Origin: Eledone cirrhosa
Lineage: Eukaryota
Assembly (NCBI GenBank): GCA_964016885.1
Contig: OZ024740.1
Location: 236,344,001 to 236,408,000, forward strand
Reading direction: 5' to 3'
DNA: 64,000 bases
Within the stretch, counting starts at the first letter, position 1; each line of letters begins with the position of its first letter. The position numbers and the translations under genes were made by a program. A model generated the notes under the pieces. The model ran no database searches and had not been told where the DNA came from. It saw only the letters and a list, made by a program, of their open reading frames with translations. Shown here one piece after another: positions 27,303-41,106 of this stretch.

Positions 27303-27603
27303 ATGGAGGCACATGGCTTAGTGGTTAGAGCATTGGCTTGCAATCGAAAGGTTGTGAGTTCAATTCTCAGACCAGGTGATGTGTTGTTTCCTTGAGCAAG
27401 ACACTTTATTTCACATTGCTCCAGTTTACTCAGCTGTAGAAATGAGATGATAGGGACTGGGGTCCATATCATTCCACTGCAAAGTGGTCATGTAGGTGCC
27501 ACAGCAAAAAAGCACCCAGCACTCACTGTAAATGAGGTTGGTGTTTGGTCTAGCTGTAGAAATCAAGCCAGAATCAGTTCCTGTCCCGCCCTTGCAAGCA
27601 GGG
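27303..27603 (+). mobile_element. Composite tRNA-derived SINE
   Basis: Near-identical to 43282-43593 and 56755-57093. Confidence 0.85.
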
Positions 27604-28112
27604 ATAACAAGGTATCGTTTAAGGTAATCCAGCTAGAGGTTATGAGTACTCTGTATTGAGGATAGTTTTAACATACAGCATTGTTTGACTCAACAAGAAG
27701 TTTCCTTAGTCAGGTGGCCGGTTTAAGAAAGTTCCTAAGTAGGCAGTTCTTGAAGTAATAAATAGCAAAAGAATGAAGAATGACATGGTCAGCTGTACAA
27801 TAGGGTTTATTTACAGTATTAACAATTGTTTCATTAGTCCAGTGTGTCTAAAAGTTGCTGATTGTTAGAAGTTATGTCACTCGACCTTAGTTACAGCTGA
27901 TACCTGACCAATTGTCAGAATACTGATATACTGATATGGGTATATGAATATCAGTATTCTGATAATTTGGTCAGGTATCGGCTGTAACTAAGATCGAGTG
28001 ACATAACTTCTAACAATCAGCAACTTTTAGACACAATGGACTAATGAAACAATTGTTAATACTGTAAATAAACCCTATTGTACAGCTGACCATGTCATTC
28101 TTCATTCTTTTG
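27601..28112 (-). mobile_element. Fold-back hammerhead element: about 164-bp arms plus 165-bp tail
   Basis: 27766-27929 matches the reverse complement of 27948-28112. Tail 27601-27765 is homologous to 59387-59490. Confidence 0.88.
27952..28064 (+). ncRNA. Hammerhead-like variant with long stem-II loop (mirror at 27814-27925 on -)
   Basis: CAGTATT-CTGATAA-T-TTGGTC...GACTAA-T-GAAAC-AATT-GTT-AATACTG. G8 is replaced by A. Confidence 0.55.
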
Positions 28113-28127
28113 ATATATATATATATA

Positions 28128-28818
28128 TATAATGGCGGCGAAGATTCGAAACTGAATCTGAGCTTTCCCGCCTCTGGGACAAGCCGTGGTAACTTGTTTA
28201 CGCTCAAGAGACTAACCCCTTGGGAGAAGCTAAACACAGGTCAGAGGTGTTTACGCCTGACAGAAAATAGGTCAGAGGATATATCCAACTTTCTGACTTG
28301 TTTACCCTTGGTAAACTAATCCCTTGGAAGACTAACCAAAGTTCAGAGGACTAACCAAAGTTCAACTCTTATAAATACAGGAGTTGTTTACACCCCAACA
28401 GAAAAGAAGTGATATACAGACAAGACAAGTCGCATTTACAAGCTCTCGTCACAAAAAAACCAGTCTGTCACTTATTCTCACCTTCCTGGCTGATCGCTGA
28501 CTCCTGCAATACAAATAAGTAAATATACTGATATGCACACACGCATTCATAGTGAGTTCAGCATTTGTACACGCACCATTCATTTCTGTTTACACCTATT
28601 ATAATCTTATTCTGTGATAGTTGAATTTACGTGGCTCGAAGAGCCACCAAATATTTTGTGTCATTGATTTTATCATTCAATATTCAAATTGAATATTGTT
28701 ATGATAAAATAAACTTTGTAACAACACAATCCTGGTATTTTTCTTTACATCAAAACCACCATACTAACAGTTACATCCATCCGTCCACTTATCGTTACAA
28801 CCACACACAATATTCCGT

Positions 28819-28822
<4 letters not shown>
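28128..28822 (+). mobile_element. Solo Gypsy LTR inserted in (TA)n
   Basis: Homologous to the reverse complement of 15810-16541. Ends TATAATGG...CCGTTACA. Confidence 0.85.
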
Positions 28823-28895
<73 letters not shown>

Positions 28896-29989
28896 TTACA
28901 AAAATAGTATTATTCTTTTGACCACTCCTAAATTCAATTTACAGTATTCTTAACTCTTTATACTCATTTTTTTTCGCCACAAAATTTAATGTCAAAACCT
29001 CTCAACAACAGTGGACTGATTGATGGATTTTGTTCTGATCCTTGTCCAGACTAATCTCATACCTATATCTAGCAGGTAGATGAGCTAAGGCAATCATCAT
29101 AATCAACATCAGCAGAAGCAGCACTATCACCTTAGAGGATGGACTGAGTGCTTTTTGTGATGGCACTAGCCATATAGAATAAAAGTGTTCTGCTTAAAAC
29201 ATAAAAAAAACACCAGCAGAGAATTTGAACCTATGCTCTATGAGTAGCTGGTTGAAAACTTTATCTGCTTGACTACCATGCTTGCTATTGGACAATTGAT
29301 ATAATGTCATAGTACTGGTATGATGTTATAATACTGATAATATTTAAAAGATATGATATTGCCAATATTATAGAGCTGGTAGTCTATGATAGTACAGATC
29401 TAATTTTACAGAATATTAATTTCTGTTATGGCAGTTATATCATGTGATATATCTGATTCAGCATTACATGTTTGATATAATAATATGCTAATATAGTAAT
29501 ATGAAGTGATAAACTGATGTTATATGAACGAATTGATGCTGCATGGTGCAAAATGGCGTTATATGAGCGAACAGATATCATGTTACTATACTGATATTGT
29601 TCAATAGAATTAATGTTAAATAGGACAGCTTATATTATGTTATAGAGCCTACATGTGTGCAGTTATGATAGCTTCTTGTAAATGAATGATATATATATAT
29701 GGTTCCACTGATTTAATTAATGCTGTAAATATTCAAGGAACACTGTAATGACTCACATAGGTAGTAAAAGATACTTACAGATTGGCTAGCTGTATTGAAA
29801 ATAGGAGTTTTCTTTCTTATGAATGGTTGGTTGTATAACATAGATATTAGATAAGGAAGGATAGATAACATAAATATGAGGTAGTATTATTTTAGATATT
29901 ATAATAGAAGAGACCAAATGGTGTATGTGTTGGTTGGGGGTAGGATGGTATATGACAGTTAATATAAAGGACAAAGCTAGATGTATATA

Positions 29990-30670
29990 TGGGATAACAG
30001 GCAAACAAACAGGTAGGAAAAACTATGTATGCAGTAGATGTACAGGGAAAGTTGGCAGTAGTAATCGCAGTGATAAACACATTTTTCCAATGCAGGTGGG
30101 TTCTATGGAAGTGATTGATAGCTTCCGGTACCTAGGTTAGATTAGCATGGGAAGGGGGGTGTTCCGAGGCCATAGTATCTAGAATAAGGATGGGTTGGAA
30201 GAAGTTTAGGGAGCTGCTTCCTCTGTTGACTAAGAAGTGAGACATGGGCAGCAACTGCAGAAGATATGCGACGGCTGGAGAGAAATGAAGCATGTATGCT
30301 CCGTTGGATCTGCAATGCCAATGTGCGTGAACGACCAAGCATGGACGAGTTGAGAAAGAAACTGGGTATAAGAGGGATAAGTTGTGGTGTGCAGGAGAGA
30401 AGACTGAGATGGTATGGACATGTGATGTGCATGGAGGATGACCGCTGGGTAAGTAAGTGCCAAGAAATCCCAGTAGAAGGAAGATGCAGTAGAGGTAGAC
30501 CACAAAAAATATGGGCGGAGGTGGTGAGAGCAGACCTCAGATCGCTGAAACCCACCGAGGAGATGACGAAGGACCGTGACAAGTGGAGTGATGCTGTGCT
30601 GAATAGGACCCGTCTAACCCTTGCAAGCAGGGAAAAGTGGACGTAAAATGATGATGATGATGATGATGAT
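29990..30670 (+). mobile_element. RTE family A 3' fragment
   Basis: SFRYLG and QERRLRWYGHV...RGRP. (GAT)n tail. Confidence 0.92.
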
Positions 30671-31053
30671 ATATATATCCCGCCGGGGTTAACTTTGCCT
30701 TTCATCCTTACAGGGTCGATAGAATAAAGTACCAGTAATACACTGGGATAATTGCTGGCCTTGTGCCAAAAGTAGAAACAATTATATATATTTTCACTAA
30801 CTCTGACAGTTGGCAGGTAAGGAGTATACAGTACTGATGAAGGGTAATAACCCAGAAACATTAGTGTTTGCTATTCTGCTTATATGACAACACAAGAGCA
30901 AGAATGATGGGGTCTTTATACTGACATGGCTTAAGAGGCTGTTTGCATAATTACAAACGAATCGAATATTATTATTAATATTCGAAAAATTCAGATTTAC
31001 ATTTCTTGTATTCAGCTATATAGAGCGATAAAAATGTTTGTTAGTTATACATA

Positions 31054-31466
31054 TCATCATCATCATCAGCAGCATTTTACATCCGCTTTCCCCTGCTTGT
31101 AACGGTGGGATGGTTCCTATTCAGCACAGCATCTCTCCACTTGTTACGGTCCTTTGTCATCTCCTCTGTGAGCTTCAGTGATCTGAGATCTGCTCTCACC
31201 ACCTCCGCCCATGTTTTTCGTGGGCTTCCTCTACTGCATTTTCCTTCTACTGGGATTTCTTGGTACTTCTTTAACCAGCGGTCATCCTCCATGCGCATAT
31301 CATGTCCATACCATCGCAGTCGTCTCTCCCGCACACTACAACTTATCCCTCTTATACACAGTTTCTCTTTCAACTCATCTATGCTTGGTCGTTCACGCAC
31401 ATTGACATTGCACATCCAACAGAGCATGCTTGCTTCATTTCTCTCCAGCCGTCGCATATCCATGTA
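31054..31466 (-). mobile_element. RTE family A 3' fragment
   Basis: RRLERNEASML...RERRLRWYGH. Confidence 0.9.
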
Positions 31467-32199
31467 ACAGTGGAAGTTAGTCAAATGGAAGTTGTGGCAG
31501 TCGGCCAGCATCCACAAAAAAAACAAGTTTGAGCTTGCACAAAGCACTCAATAAGGAGGTATCGATAAATCGATAAGTTACATCTTAGAGTAATAAACAT
31601 ACATTAAATAGCGTGACAAATTGAAAACTGTGGTTAAGGGGACAAAGTCACAGAAGCCACCACAACAACGAAAATACAATCAGGTTAAATAACAAACCTG
31701 AACCGTATCGAATGATATTATACAATAACGCCAATTGGTTTCTGTGAATCCAAAATCAACAATCCAAATTGCACAATATGCAAGTTTGTGGCATTTGTAG
31801 ACTGAAACGCGGACTCACGTTATCAACAGGCTTCCATTCCATGCGTAGAACTCGGTGTGAGGCATCGCCATAAGTGACTGTTGTAGCACACACTGCAGCG
31901 CTATCGCGTGTTCTTTCTCCAGCAGAAAAAGTAACACATCCAGGTTTTTGGCAGGCAAATTCAAAGTGAGAACAAAGGAATTGATTCCGTTCAACATACC
32001 AAATAAGAAGCTCTCAACCAGTGTTCTTAAACAATCACAAATAATTAATCAAACAATAGAATCATCTAATTAAATTAATTAATTAATTATTAAAGCTAGG
32101 AGTGAATAATAAGAGTGGAAATTAGTAAAAGAGAAGTTGCGGTGGTTGGTCAGCATCCATGAAAAAAATAATTTGGAGCTTGCACGAAGGACGCTTGCA

Positions 32200-32730
32200 C
32201 AAAAGGACGAATGTATGTTGCCTGTGTGTGAAGTATGATGTTGCATGGTAGTAAAACATGGGCAGTGATTGCAGAGAAATGAAGCAAACATGTTTCGTTG
32301 GATGTGAAATGTGAGAGAAAGGCAGAGCTTGGATGAACTGAGTGTGGAATTGGGTTTAAGAGGAATCTGAAGTGGTGGTGTGCAAGAGAGAAGACTGTTG
32401 AGATGGACATGTGATGTGCATCGATGATGATCACTGAGTGAAAAAGTGCCAGGAAATCCCAGTGGAAAGAGGCTGCAGTAGAGGTTGACCAAGGAAGACC
32501 TGGGCAGAGGTGGTAAGAACTGACCTCAAAGTGCTGAGATTCTCAGAGCAGATGACAAAGGAAGGCAGCAAGTAGAGAAATGTTGTGCTGAAAAGGACTC
32601 GTCCAACTTATGCAAGTGTGGAAAAACATAAAATTGGTTCTGTATGAGCAAGACATGGTCATCTGACCTCAACTTGCCTCAAATAGGACAACCCATCTAA
32701 CCCATGTTAGTGTGGAAAATGGACGTTTTA
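32200..32730 (+). mobile_element. Older RTE 3' fragment
   Basis: Degenerate homology to 39700-40160. Confidence 0.75.
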
Positions 32731-32788
32731 CAGGGATTATATATATATATGTATATGTGTATATATATGTATATATGTAGTATATATA

Positions 32789-32824
<36 letters not shown>

Positions 32825-32928
32825 GTAATAATAATAAATTCGAAGACTAAAATCCAAAGAGGGCTCGATAAGGATAAATATATATCAAATATATAAGAAC
32901 CGTAGAGCAAATATTTAGGGTTATTTTA

Positions 32929-32973
<45 letters not shown>

Positions 32974-33078
32974 ATAAAAATACTTGAGTGCGTTAGAGTT
33001 AAACACACTCGTCGTATCCATTCACTATTCTTCTGAATTTTGGCTTGTTCTAGCCGATGATATTTCTAGTCTTTTTCC

Positions 33079-33123
33079 TTGCTCTGATGAGTCTTAATTA
33101 ATGGGACGAAACATTGTCAGCAA
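33079..33123 (+). ncRNA. Canonical minimal type-I hammerhead ribozyme
   Basis: TTGCT-CTGATGA-GTCTTA-ATTAA-TGGGAC-GAAAC-ATT-GTC-AGCAA. Intact core, G10.1-C11.1 pair, GUC site. Lies in a 210-bp island between (TA)n tracts. Confidence 0.88.
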
Positions 33124-33180
33124 TTAAAGATTTTTAATGTATTAAGGCTTCTTTGTTAATTTTTTATATAATTTTTTTAT

Positions 33181-33229
<49 letters not shown>

Positions 33230-33304
33230 TGTTATACTTTGGGAGGGTCATGTTGCCAATAATATATATATGTACATATACATATATATATATATACACT
33301 GAAA

Positions 33305-33342
<38 letters not shown>

Positions 33343-33564
33343 TGTAAATGTGGTTGGCATCAAACAATAGAAACCAACCCAGAAACAGTTCTGTATGAGT
33401 AAGACAAAGTCATCTGATGTGACTTATCTCAATGGGACAACTTATCTAACCCATGCTAGCATGGAAAAAATGGACGTTAAATAGAGATGATGATGCTGAC
33501 ATATGCTGGCATATGCATATATATATACATATATACATATGTATATATACATATATATATATAC

Positions 33565-33616
<52 letters not shown>

Positions 33617-33921
33617 TAATATGGTTAAAAGAGTTCCATGCATTTTATTATGCGCATTTCAAAAACAAATATCATCATGCAATAACATTTGCGTTTTCGT
33701 CAGATAAAATAGGGAGACATGATATGAAGGTTAAAACACACTTGTGAATAGTGCAGTTTTAAATCAACATATTATTTATACTCCAGTCCTACAAACTGTA
33801 GAGTGCTACTTATCCGATATCTGCATTGCTTTATTGTACTACAATAAAACTCACCTCCTACATATATATATATGTATATATATATATGTATATATATACA
33901 TATATATATATATGTATATAC

Positions 33922-33953
<32 letters not shown>

Positions 33954-33961
33954 GTATATAC

Positions 33962-34265
<304 letters not shown>

Positions 34266-34699
34266 TATATATATATATATATACACACACATATATATAT
34301 AAACACACACATATATTATCAAATATATACATGTATGCACACACACACACATATGCATATATCCATTTGCAACTGTTCACAGACTTATTCTGCAGCATGC
34401 AACACCCGACACACTTGCTAACATGCAGCTACCTGCATTAAACTTAATACATTGCCTTAGATTTTCTGTCCTCCTCATTCTGAAACTTCACTTGGGTCAT
34501 CGCCATAGCAACTGAAATATCCATTTATGACCTATTGATTTTTGGCAATGAGCTGTTGGTAAAGCAGCAGTAACACAGCATAGATACTGCTTAATGGATG
34601 CTGCTAGCATTTTGGCCTTCTTAACTTTCTCTTAGATATCATATCTATGTTGTATATTATGTTTGGCACTCTTGTTACCAATGTTAAATGATTGGGTAA

Positions 34700-35335
34700 C
34701 AATGGTTGCTAATTCAGGCACAAGGTCAGCAATTTCTTTTTTTTTGGGGGGGGGGGGCACTGGGGAGTTGATTAAATCAACATCAGTATGAAAGACAAGT
34801 TAATCTCAGCAGGATTTGAACTCAGAACTTATAGAATCATAACAAAATTACTGCAAAACCTTTTGCTCTAACAATTCTGCTCATCCACTACCCCCTAAGG
34901 CAGTTGTTATTAACTGTTTCTACATTTGGCACAAGGTCAGCAATTACCCAATACATTACTGGTACTTTATTTTATCGACCACGTAAGGATGAAAGGTAAA
35001 GTTAACCTCGGCGGAATTTGAACTCAGTCTTTAAAGGGACGTAACTCTATGCTGGAAAGCATGGCGTCCGACTCTCTACCAATACTGCCAATCCACAATG
35101 GTTTCTGATTTGGGCACAAGGCCAGCAATTTTGGAGGAGGGGGGAAGTCGATTAAATCAATCCTAGTGCATTACTGGTACTTTATTTTATCAACCCCGTA
35201 AGAATAAAAGACAAAGTTAACCTCAGCAGGATTTGAACTCAGAACGTAAAGGGATGTAACTCTAGGCAGCGAAGCATGGTGTCCAATGCTCTACCTATAC
35301 AGCCAATCCACTACCCTTAAGGCAGTTGTTAATAA
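34700..35335 (-). mobile_element. Cluster of three tandem Nin/Deu-type SINEs
   Basis: Repeated CTGGTACTTTATTTTATCGACC...GGATTTGAACTCAG. Similar clusters at 36130-36525, 52730-53185 and 60853-61222. Confidence 0.8.
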
Positions 35336-36538
35336 TAATTACCACTGACGTCACAGCAATCACTTCAACTTTTATTACAGCAAGTGTTTAGGTTAACATA
35401 GGTTATCATTGATATAACACATCATCATCACTCGTCGACTACTCTCGAGATGATGGATCTCACTCTCATGCCCCAGAATCCCCTGTCCCCCATCGCTGCC
35501 CCCAGTGATATAACAGCATGCAACACAGTGATATAACAGTGGTCAATCCTATCAATCTGTTACCACAACTAGTGGTTAAATTAATAAGTTTTCCTACAGA
35601 TACACTAACAGTTACTCCTTTTGACTTGTTCCCACAGTTAATGTTTGGATTAATAATGGTTTCTACCCATGTCATAACAATATCTCTTATTGACTGATTA
35701 ACGCTGATTTTATCACAGTCATGAATTGGTAGAGTTGTCCAACTCTTTGCACTCTGAGTTCAAATCCTGCTGAAGTCAACTTTGCCTTTCACCCTTTCTG
35801 GGATTGATAAATAAAGTACCAATTGAGGTGACAGTAGATTGGTAGAATTGCTCTATCTGATCTAGGTCTGTATCTTCTGAGTTCAAATCATACCTCTTCC
35901 AAGTTGCAGCCAGTAGATACTATCAGCAATGGAAAGACCAATAGAAACATAGTTTCCTTGGTCTAGTCTGATGATCAGCTCCTTTCCTTTCTTTTCCTTG
36001 CCATAACTACAGTAGATGTTCACAAGGACCACTAATATCATAGCAGCTATTCTTATTAACTGCCAGCCACTAATTTTACATCAATTTTTATTGGTTGTCA
36101 CTATTCTACAACAGTGAAAAGATGCGTTAACAAGGCCAGCAATCCGGTGGAGGGGAAAGTCGATCGAACTGACCCCAGTACATTACTGGTACTTTATTTT
36201 ATCGACCCCATAAGGATGAAAGGCAAAACTAACCTTAGCAGGATTTGAACTCAGAACATTAAGGGTCATAGCTGTATGCTGCAAAGCATAGTGTCTGATG
36301 CTTTACCGATTCTGCTAGTCCACCGTCCTAATAATTGTTTCTACTTTTGGCACAAGGCCAGCAATTACCCAGTGCATTACTGGTACTTTATTCTATCGAC
36401 CCCGGAAGGATGAAAGGCAAAGTTAACCTCGGCGGGATTTGAACTCAGATCATACAGGGAGGTAACTCTATGCTTCAAAGCATGGCATCCGATCCCCTAC
36501 CGATACTGCCAATCCACCGCCTTACCGTCCTAATAATA

Positions 36539-36678
36539 ATGTCACAACAGCCACCTCTATAGACTGATGTTACAACAGCTACACCTATTGACTGCTGTCA
36601 CAACAGCTACACTTATTTACTGATGTCACAACAGCTACATCTATAGACTGGTGTCACAACAGCTACACCTATTCACTG
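36539..36678. repeat. 28-bp minisatellite, 5 copies
   Basis: ATGTCACAACAGCTACACCTATTGACTG units. Confidence 0.9.
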
Positions 36679-37755
36679 ATAACCTCTAATTTAACAACAG
36701 CAATTGATATAGATTAACTGTTAGTGATTGTTTAGCAGAGATAAAAGATATGTTAATAATGGGTATCACTAATGCCACAGAAGCCATCACTATTGACTGG
36801 TCAGCACTAATGTCACCATAACTAAGAGAGAGGTACATAATGGTTATTTCTGAAAATATAACACTCCGTCTTTGCTGGATTAGAGGTGGGTTTTTTCGTT
36901 TGTTTATTTTTTTTTACATGATTCAGTTGAAGGCAAAATGGCAGTGTTCATGATCGTTTTCAGGGTCCCTATTACTGGCAAGTGTAAAAATGAAGTTATG
37001 TTTAGATTAAAGACTTGACCTGCTTACAATAGAGTATACTTTGCTAAAGCCATCCAAGGGCCATATAGTGTTGGTAGACCAAGCAATGGATTATGCCTTA
37101 TCACTGCTTATTCATGCTGGACAAGTTGATAGTTACCATCAATTCAGCCACATTAATTGAGATGATGTTTACCATAATTATTCAGTAGAATAATTATTCT
37201 GTGGATCATTAGTACAACCAATTTCTCTTTATTTCCATTTCCATTGAGCTGTCTTTGATTCACCACGGGATGAAGCCTCAAATTGCTGTTGCCAGTTTAC
37301 ATATGCTCATTGAAGGCTTACACGTTCATGCTGATCAGTTGAAGTTTGAACAAGGTTTGCCAATGGTTAAGGAAAAAGCTACAGCCATTTAGCATCTACG
37401 CAAAATTTGAACCCAAAAATTTGAATGCAAAGAGCTGCAACAGATATGATAAGGCATCATGTTCAAAGCTATAACTCTTCTGTCAAGTAAGGGAAACTTG
37501 TTGGGGTGATTTGAGTATTTTAGAGCAGCTCCTTTATTGACTCTATTTTAAAGATAAAAGGAAGTTTGCTGAGAAAAAATTTGGCTTCTACCTTGGACAT
37601 TGCCTCACTGACTCATGTATTTATTTTATTGATTCCAGAAGGATAAAAGGCAAACTCAACCCTGGTGGGATTTGAACACAGACATAAATAGTCATAACTA
37701 AATACTAAATACTAAAATACATTTCATTCAATGCTTTACTGTATATATTAACAAT

Positions 37756-38052
37756 ATATATTAACAAATGGAAACTATATTTACTATAAACAGAATGGTT
37801 GCATTTTTTAAGGGTATGTCAATATTTATTTATAAAACTAACCTATATTATATTTTATCTGATGAAAGCGCACCATAGTTTGCTCTGGTGGCCCTTGAAA
37901 TATGAATAATGGAATAAATATGGTTTTATAAATATAGTTTCCATTTGTTAATATATTGTATATTTACTCCAATAATTTGTTGAGTGCTTTATATCAGTTA
38001 TAAAAATATTTTGCTTGTTGTATCCCAACAAATTAAATATAACCTCTACATG

Positions 38053-38053
<1 letters not shown>
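37756..38053 (+). mobile_element. Hammerhead element related to 18716, with a short 28-bp inverted arm
   Basis: 37756-37783 is the reverse complement of 37929-37956. Tail is homologous to 18935-19028. Confidence 0.8.
37852..37915 (+). ncRNA. Minimal type-I hammerhead ribozyme
   Basis: ATTTTAT-CTGATGA-AAG..CACCA..TGGTG..CTT-GAAAT-ATGA-ATA-ATGGAAT. Confidence 0.78.
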
Positions 38054-38110
<57 letters not shown>

Positions 38111-38116
<6 letters not shown>

Positions 38117-38648
38117 GCGAAAGAAAGTTAGTAAGTGTTGTTAGAGGTGAAATAACACAACAAAATAAGTGGTTTCATTTAAATATAACATTTACTTCAC
38201 TTCAGTGAATAAAGGAATAAAAAATAAAATTACTACAAATCATAAAAGTTGACGATGTTTTTGCGGTTATTTCGTTATGCTGAAATAGAGCGGGACAACA
38301 TATCGTTCGTTAGTTGTAGCAACAAGGTAGTAGTCAAAGCCCAGTGACCAGAGAAGGTGAGAGTCTGTAAGACCCAGAGAGAGAGTAATAGTTTGTAGGC
38401 CCCAGGGGGTCTGTAGAAGGCAAATGTTTTACATCGTTACTCTATCAGGAACTGCTCCGATCTGCCTTTTGCTTGGTCTAAGACAGGGTATTTATATCTG
38501 TCTTTTCCTCTGTTCCCTGCCTCGAGAACCACCGGGGTGACCCCAAGAGATTGCCCACACATAGACTTGTTTATGCCAGAAAGGAGGTAACCCAGAATTT
38601 GACCATTAAATGTCACCCAGGGGTCAAGGTGTGGACAGATTTCGCTAC

Positions 38649-38649
<1 letters not shown>
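38111..38649. mobile_element. Probable solo LTR (539 bp) in a microsatellite
   Basis: TGTAAAGCGAAA...TTTCGCTACA termini. Flanked by (TG)n and (TA)n. Confidence 0.65.
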
Positions 38650-38721
<72 letters not shown>

Positions 38722-38724
<3 letters not shown>

Positions 38725-38838
38725 TAGGGTGTGGTAAAAAACCAGGTGGACCATAACGCAACAGAGTACTTGATACCTGAGGTAGTAGAGAGGGTAATAT
38801 GAAAAGATTCAGCCGTCAGGGTCCTGAATCTTTTCATA
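38722..38838 (-). mobile_element. Deleted half-hammerhead family element
   Basis: Tail CCAGGTGGACCATAACGC...GAGTACT plus a collapsed hairpin ATGAAAAGATTCAG/CTGAATCTTTTCAT. Confidence 0.75.
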
Positions 38839-39320
38839 CATATATATATTTATAACATTAATGAAATCTAGATAAGATGGTCTGATTTATGTTATAAGGC
38901 ATTAAAAATGCTGACACTAATGTAAGGGTAACAGATGGAGATTTAGATAGTAGAGAATTAGTTGAGTGGGGATTGACAGTTGCATTGAGCTGGTTAAGTG
39001 ACCAAGTGGTAGATCCTCAGTTTACAGCAATTCATAATTTCCAAACAATAGAATCAATGATTCATTCAGTAATAGATTCTGAGACAAGAACTAGAATATG
39101 ATCAGTAAGTTAGCTAAGCCATATAAATCTGAAAGCAATCTTATTTATAACATTAATAAAATCTAGACAAAATGGTTTGACTTATGTATGTTATAAATCT
39201 TACAAATGTTTTATTTATTGTCTCATATAGTTATTGCTTACTGCTCTATCTTTGCTGGCAATATGTTAGTGACACTGTATGCTTGTGTATGTATATATAT
39301 ATATATATATATATATTGTG

Positions 39321-39357
<37 letters not shown>

Positions 39358-39361
<4 letters not shown>

Positions 39362-40186
39362 GATATGCAGAAAAGGAACTGGCATAAATTCTATAAAATG
39401 CACACAATGCAGGTCCTGGGTACACAAGAGATGTAGCGGGATAGCAGGCAAACTAACAGGTAGGGAGAAATATGTATGCAGTAGATGTACAGGGAAATTA
39501 GACAGTAGAAGTCGCACTGATAGACACATTTTTCAAATGCGAGAGGGCGCTATAGAAGTGGTGGATAGCTTCCGGTACCTAGGAGATCAGATTAGCATGG
39601 GAGGAGGGTGTTCCGAGGCCATAGTATCTAGGGTAAGGACGGGTTGGAAGAAGTTTAGGGAGCTGCTTCCTCTGTTGACGAAGAAGGGTTTCTCCCTGCG
39701 TACGAAAGGCCGGTTGTATGATGCCTGTGTGAGGAGCGCGATGCTGCATGGTAGTGGGACATGGGCAGCAACCGCAGAGGATATGCGACGGCTGGAGAGA
39801 AATGAGGCAAGCATGCTCCGTTAGATGTGCAATGTAAATGTGCGTGAACGACCCAGCATAAATGTGTTGAGAGAGAAACTGTGTCTGAGAGGGATAGAAT
39901 GTAGTGTACGGGAGAGGAGACTGAGGTGGTATGGACATGTGATGCGCATGGAGGATGACCGATGGGTGAAGAAGTGCCAGGAAATGCCAGTTGAAGGAAG
40001 ACGTGGTAGAGGTAGACCACGAAAAACATGGGCGGAGGTGGTGAGAACAGACCTCAGATCATTGAAGCTCACGGTGGAGATGACGAGGGACCGTGACGAG
40101 TGGAGAGATGCTGTGCTGAATAAGACCCGTCCCACCCTTGCAAGCAGGGAAAAGCGGACGTAAAATGATGATGATGATGATGATGA
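39358..40186 (+). mobile_element. Young RTE family A 3' fragment inserted in (TA)n
   Basis: Near-open frame CRKGTGINSIKCTQCRSWVHKRC...YLGDQI...RRLRWYGHV with one stop. (GAT)n tail. Confidence 0.95.
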
Positions 40187-40379
40187 TATATATATATATA
40201 TATATATATAAAGAATTAATATCTAGTAACATATATATACATACAGATGCATATCAATGCTAGCAAATATGTTGGTTTTGTCTTAGTAACTTTGTGGTTC
40301 AATGCATGGGGTTGCAGAACAATAATATGAGAGACGTAAAATAAGAAAATTATAAAATTAACTTACTTACTAAAATATC

Positions 40380-40461
40380 ACTTCCAACTAATTAGTTTCT
40401 GGAATGGAATAAATATATTTTCCGAAGAAGATACAGAGAAGCATTCCGTCGTCAGGGAGGT
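40380..40461 (-). ncRNA. Type-I hammerhead ribozyme, copy 1
   Basis: Reverse complement: ACCTCC-CTGACGA-C-GGAATG..35 nt..CATTCC-A-GAAAC-TAATTA-GTT-GGAAGT. Confidence 0.72.
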
Positions 40462-40897
40462 CTATTCTCATCTAAGTATCCAGGCAAAGCGTGGACACTG
40501 GAAACTTATTAAAAAATAATTCAGTGGATAGGAAATAGCAAAGCGTGGACTGAATTCCTAGCCATTGAGAAAATCACTGCCTCTGCGTCGGTGGCAAATT
40601 CAAAAAAAATCAATCGCGTGACATCGAGGTCAATCAGTGGAAAGTGGTTTGCTAATAAGACAGCGGCCTGCTACCATAGCAGCAGTCATGGCCAATATTG
40701 CTCGACAAATAATTTGGAGATAATTATAAAGAATTAATATCTAGTAACATATATATACATACAGATGCATATCAATGCTAGCAAATATGTAGGTTTTGTC
40801 TTAGTAACTTTGTGGTTCAATGCATGGGGTTGCAGAACAATAATATGAGAGACGTAAAATAAGAAAATTATAAAATTAACTTACTTACTAAAATATC

Positions 40898-40979
40898 ACT
40901 TCCAACTAATTAGTTTCTGGAATGGAATAAATATATTTTCCGAAGAAGATACAGAGAAGCATTCCGTCGTCAGGGAGGT
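40898..40979 (-). ncRNA. Type-I hammerhead ribozyme, copy 2
   Basis: Identical to 40380-40461. Confidence 0.72.
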
Positions 40980-41106
40980 CTATTCTCATCTAAGTATCCA
41001 GGCAAAGCATGGACACTGGAAACTATATTTATTCCATTCCAGAAACTAATTAGTTGGAAGTGATATTTTAGTAAGTAAGTTAATTTTATAATTTTCTTAT
41101 TTTACG

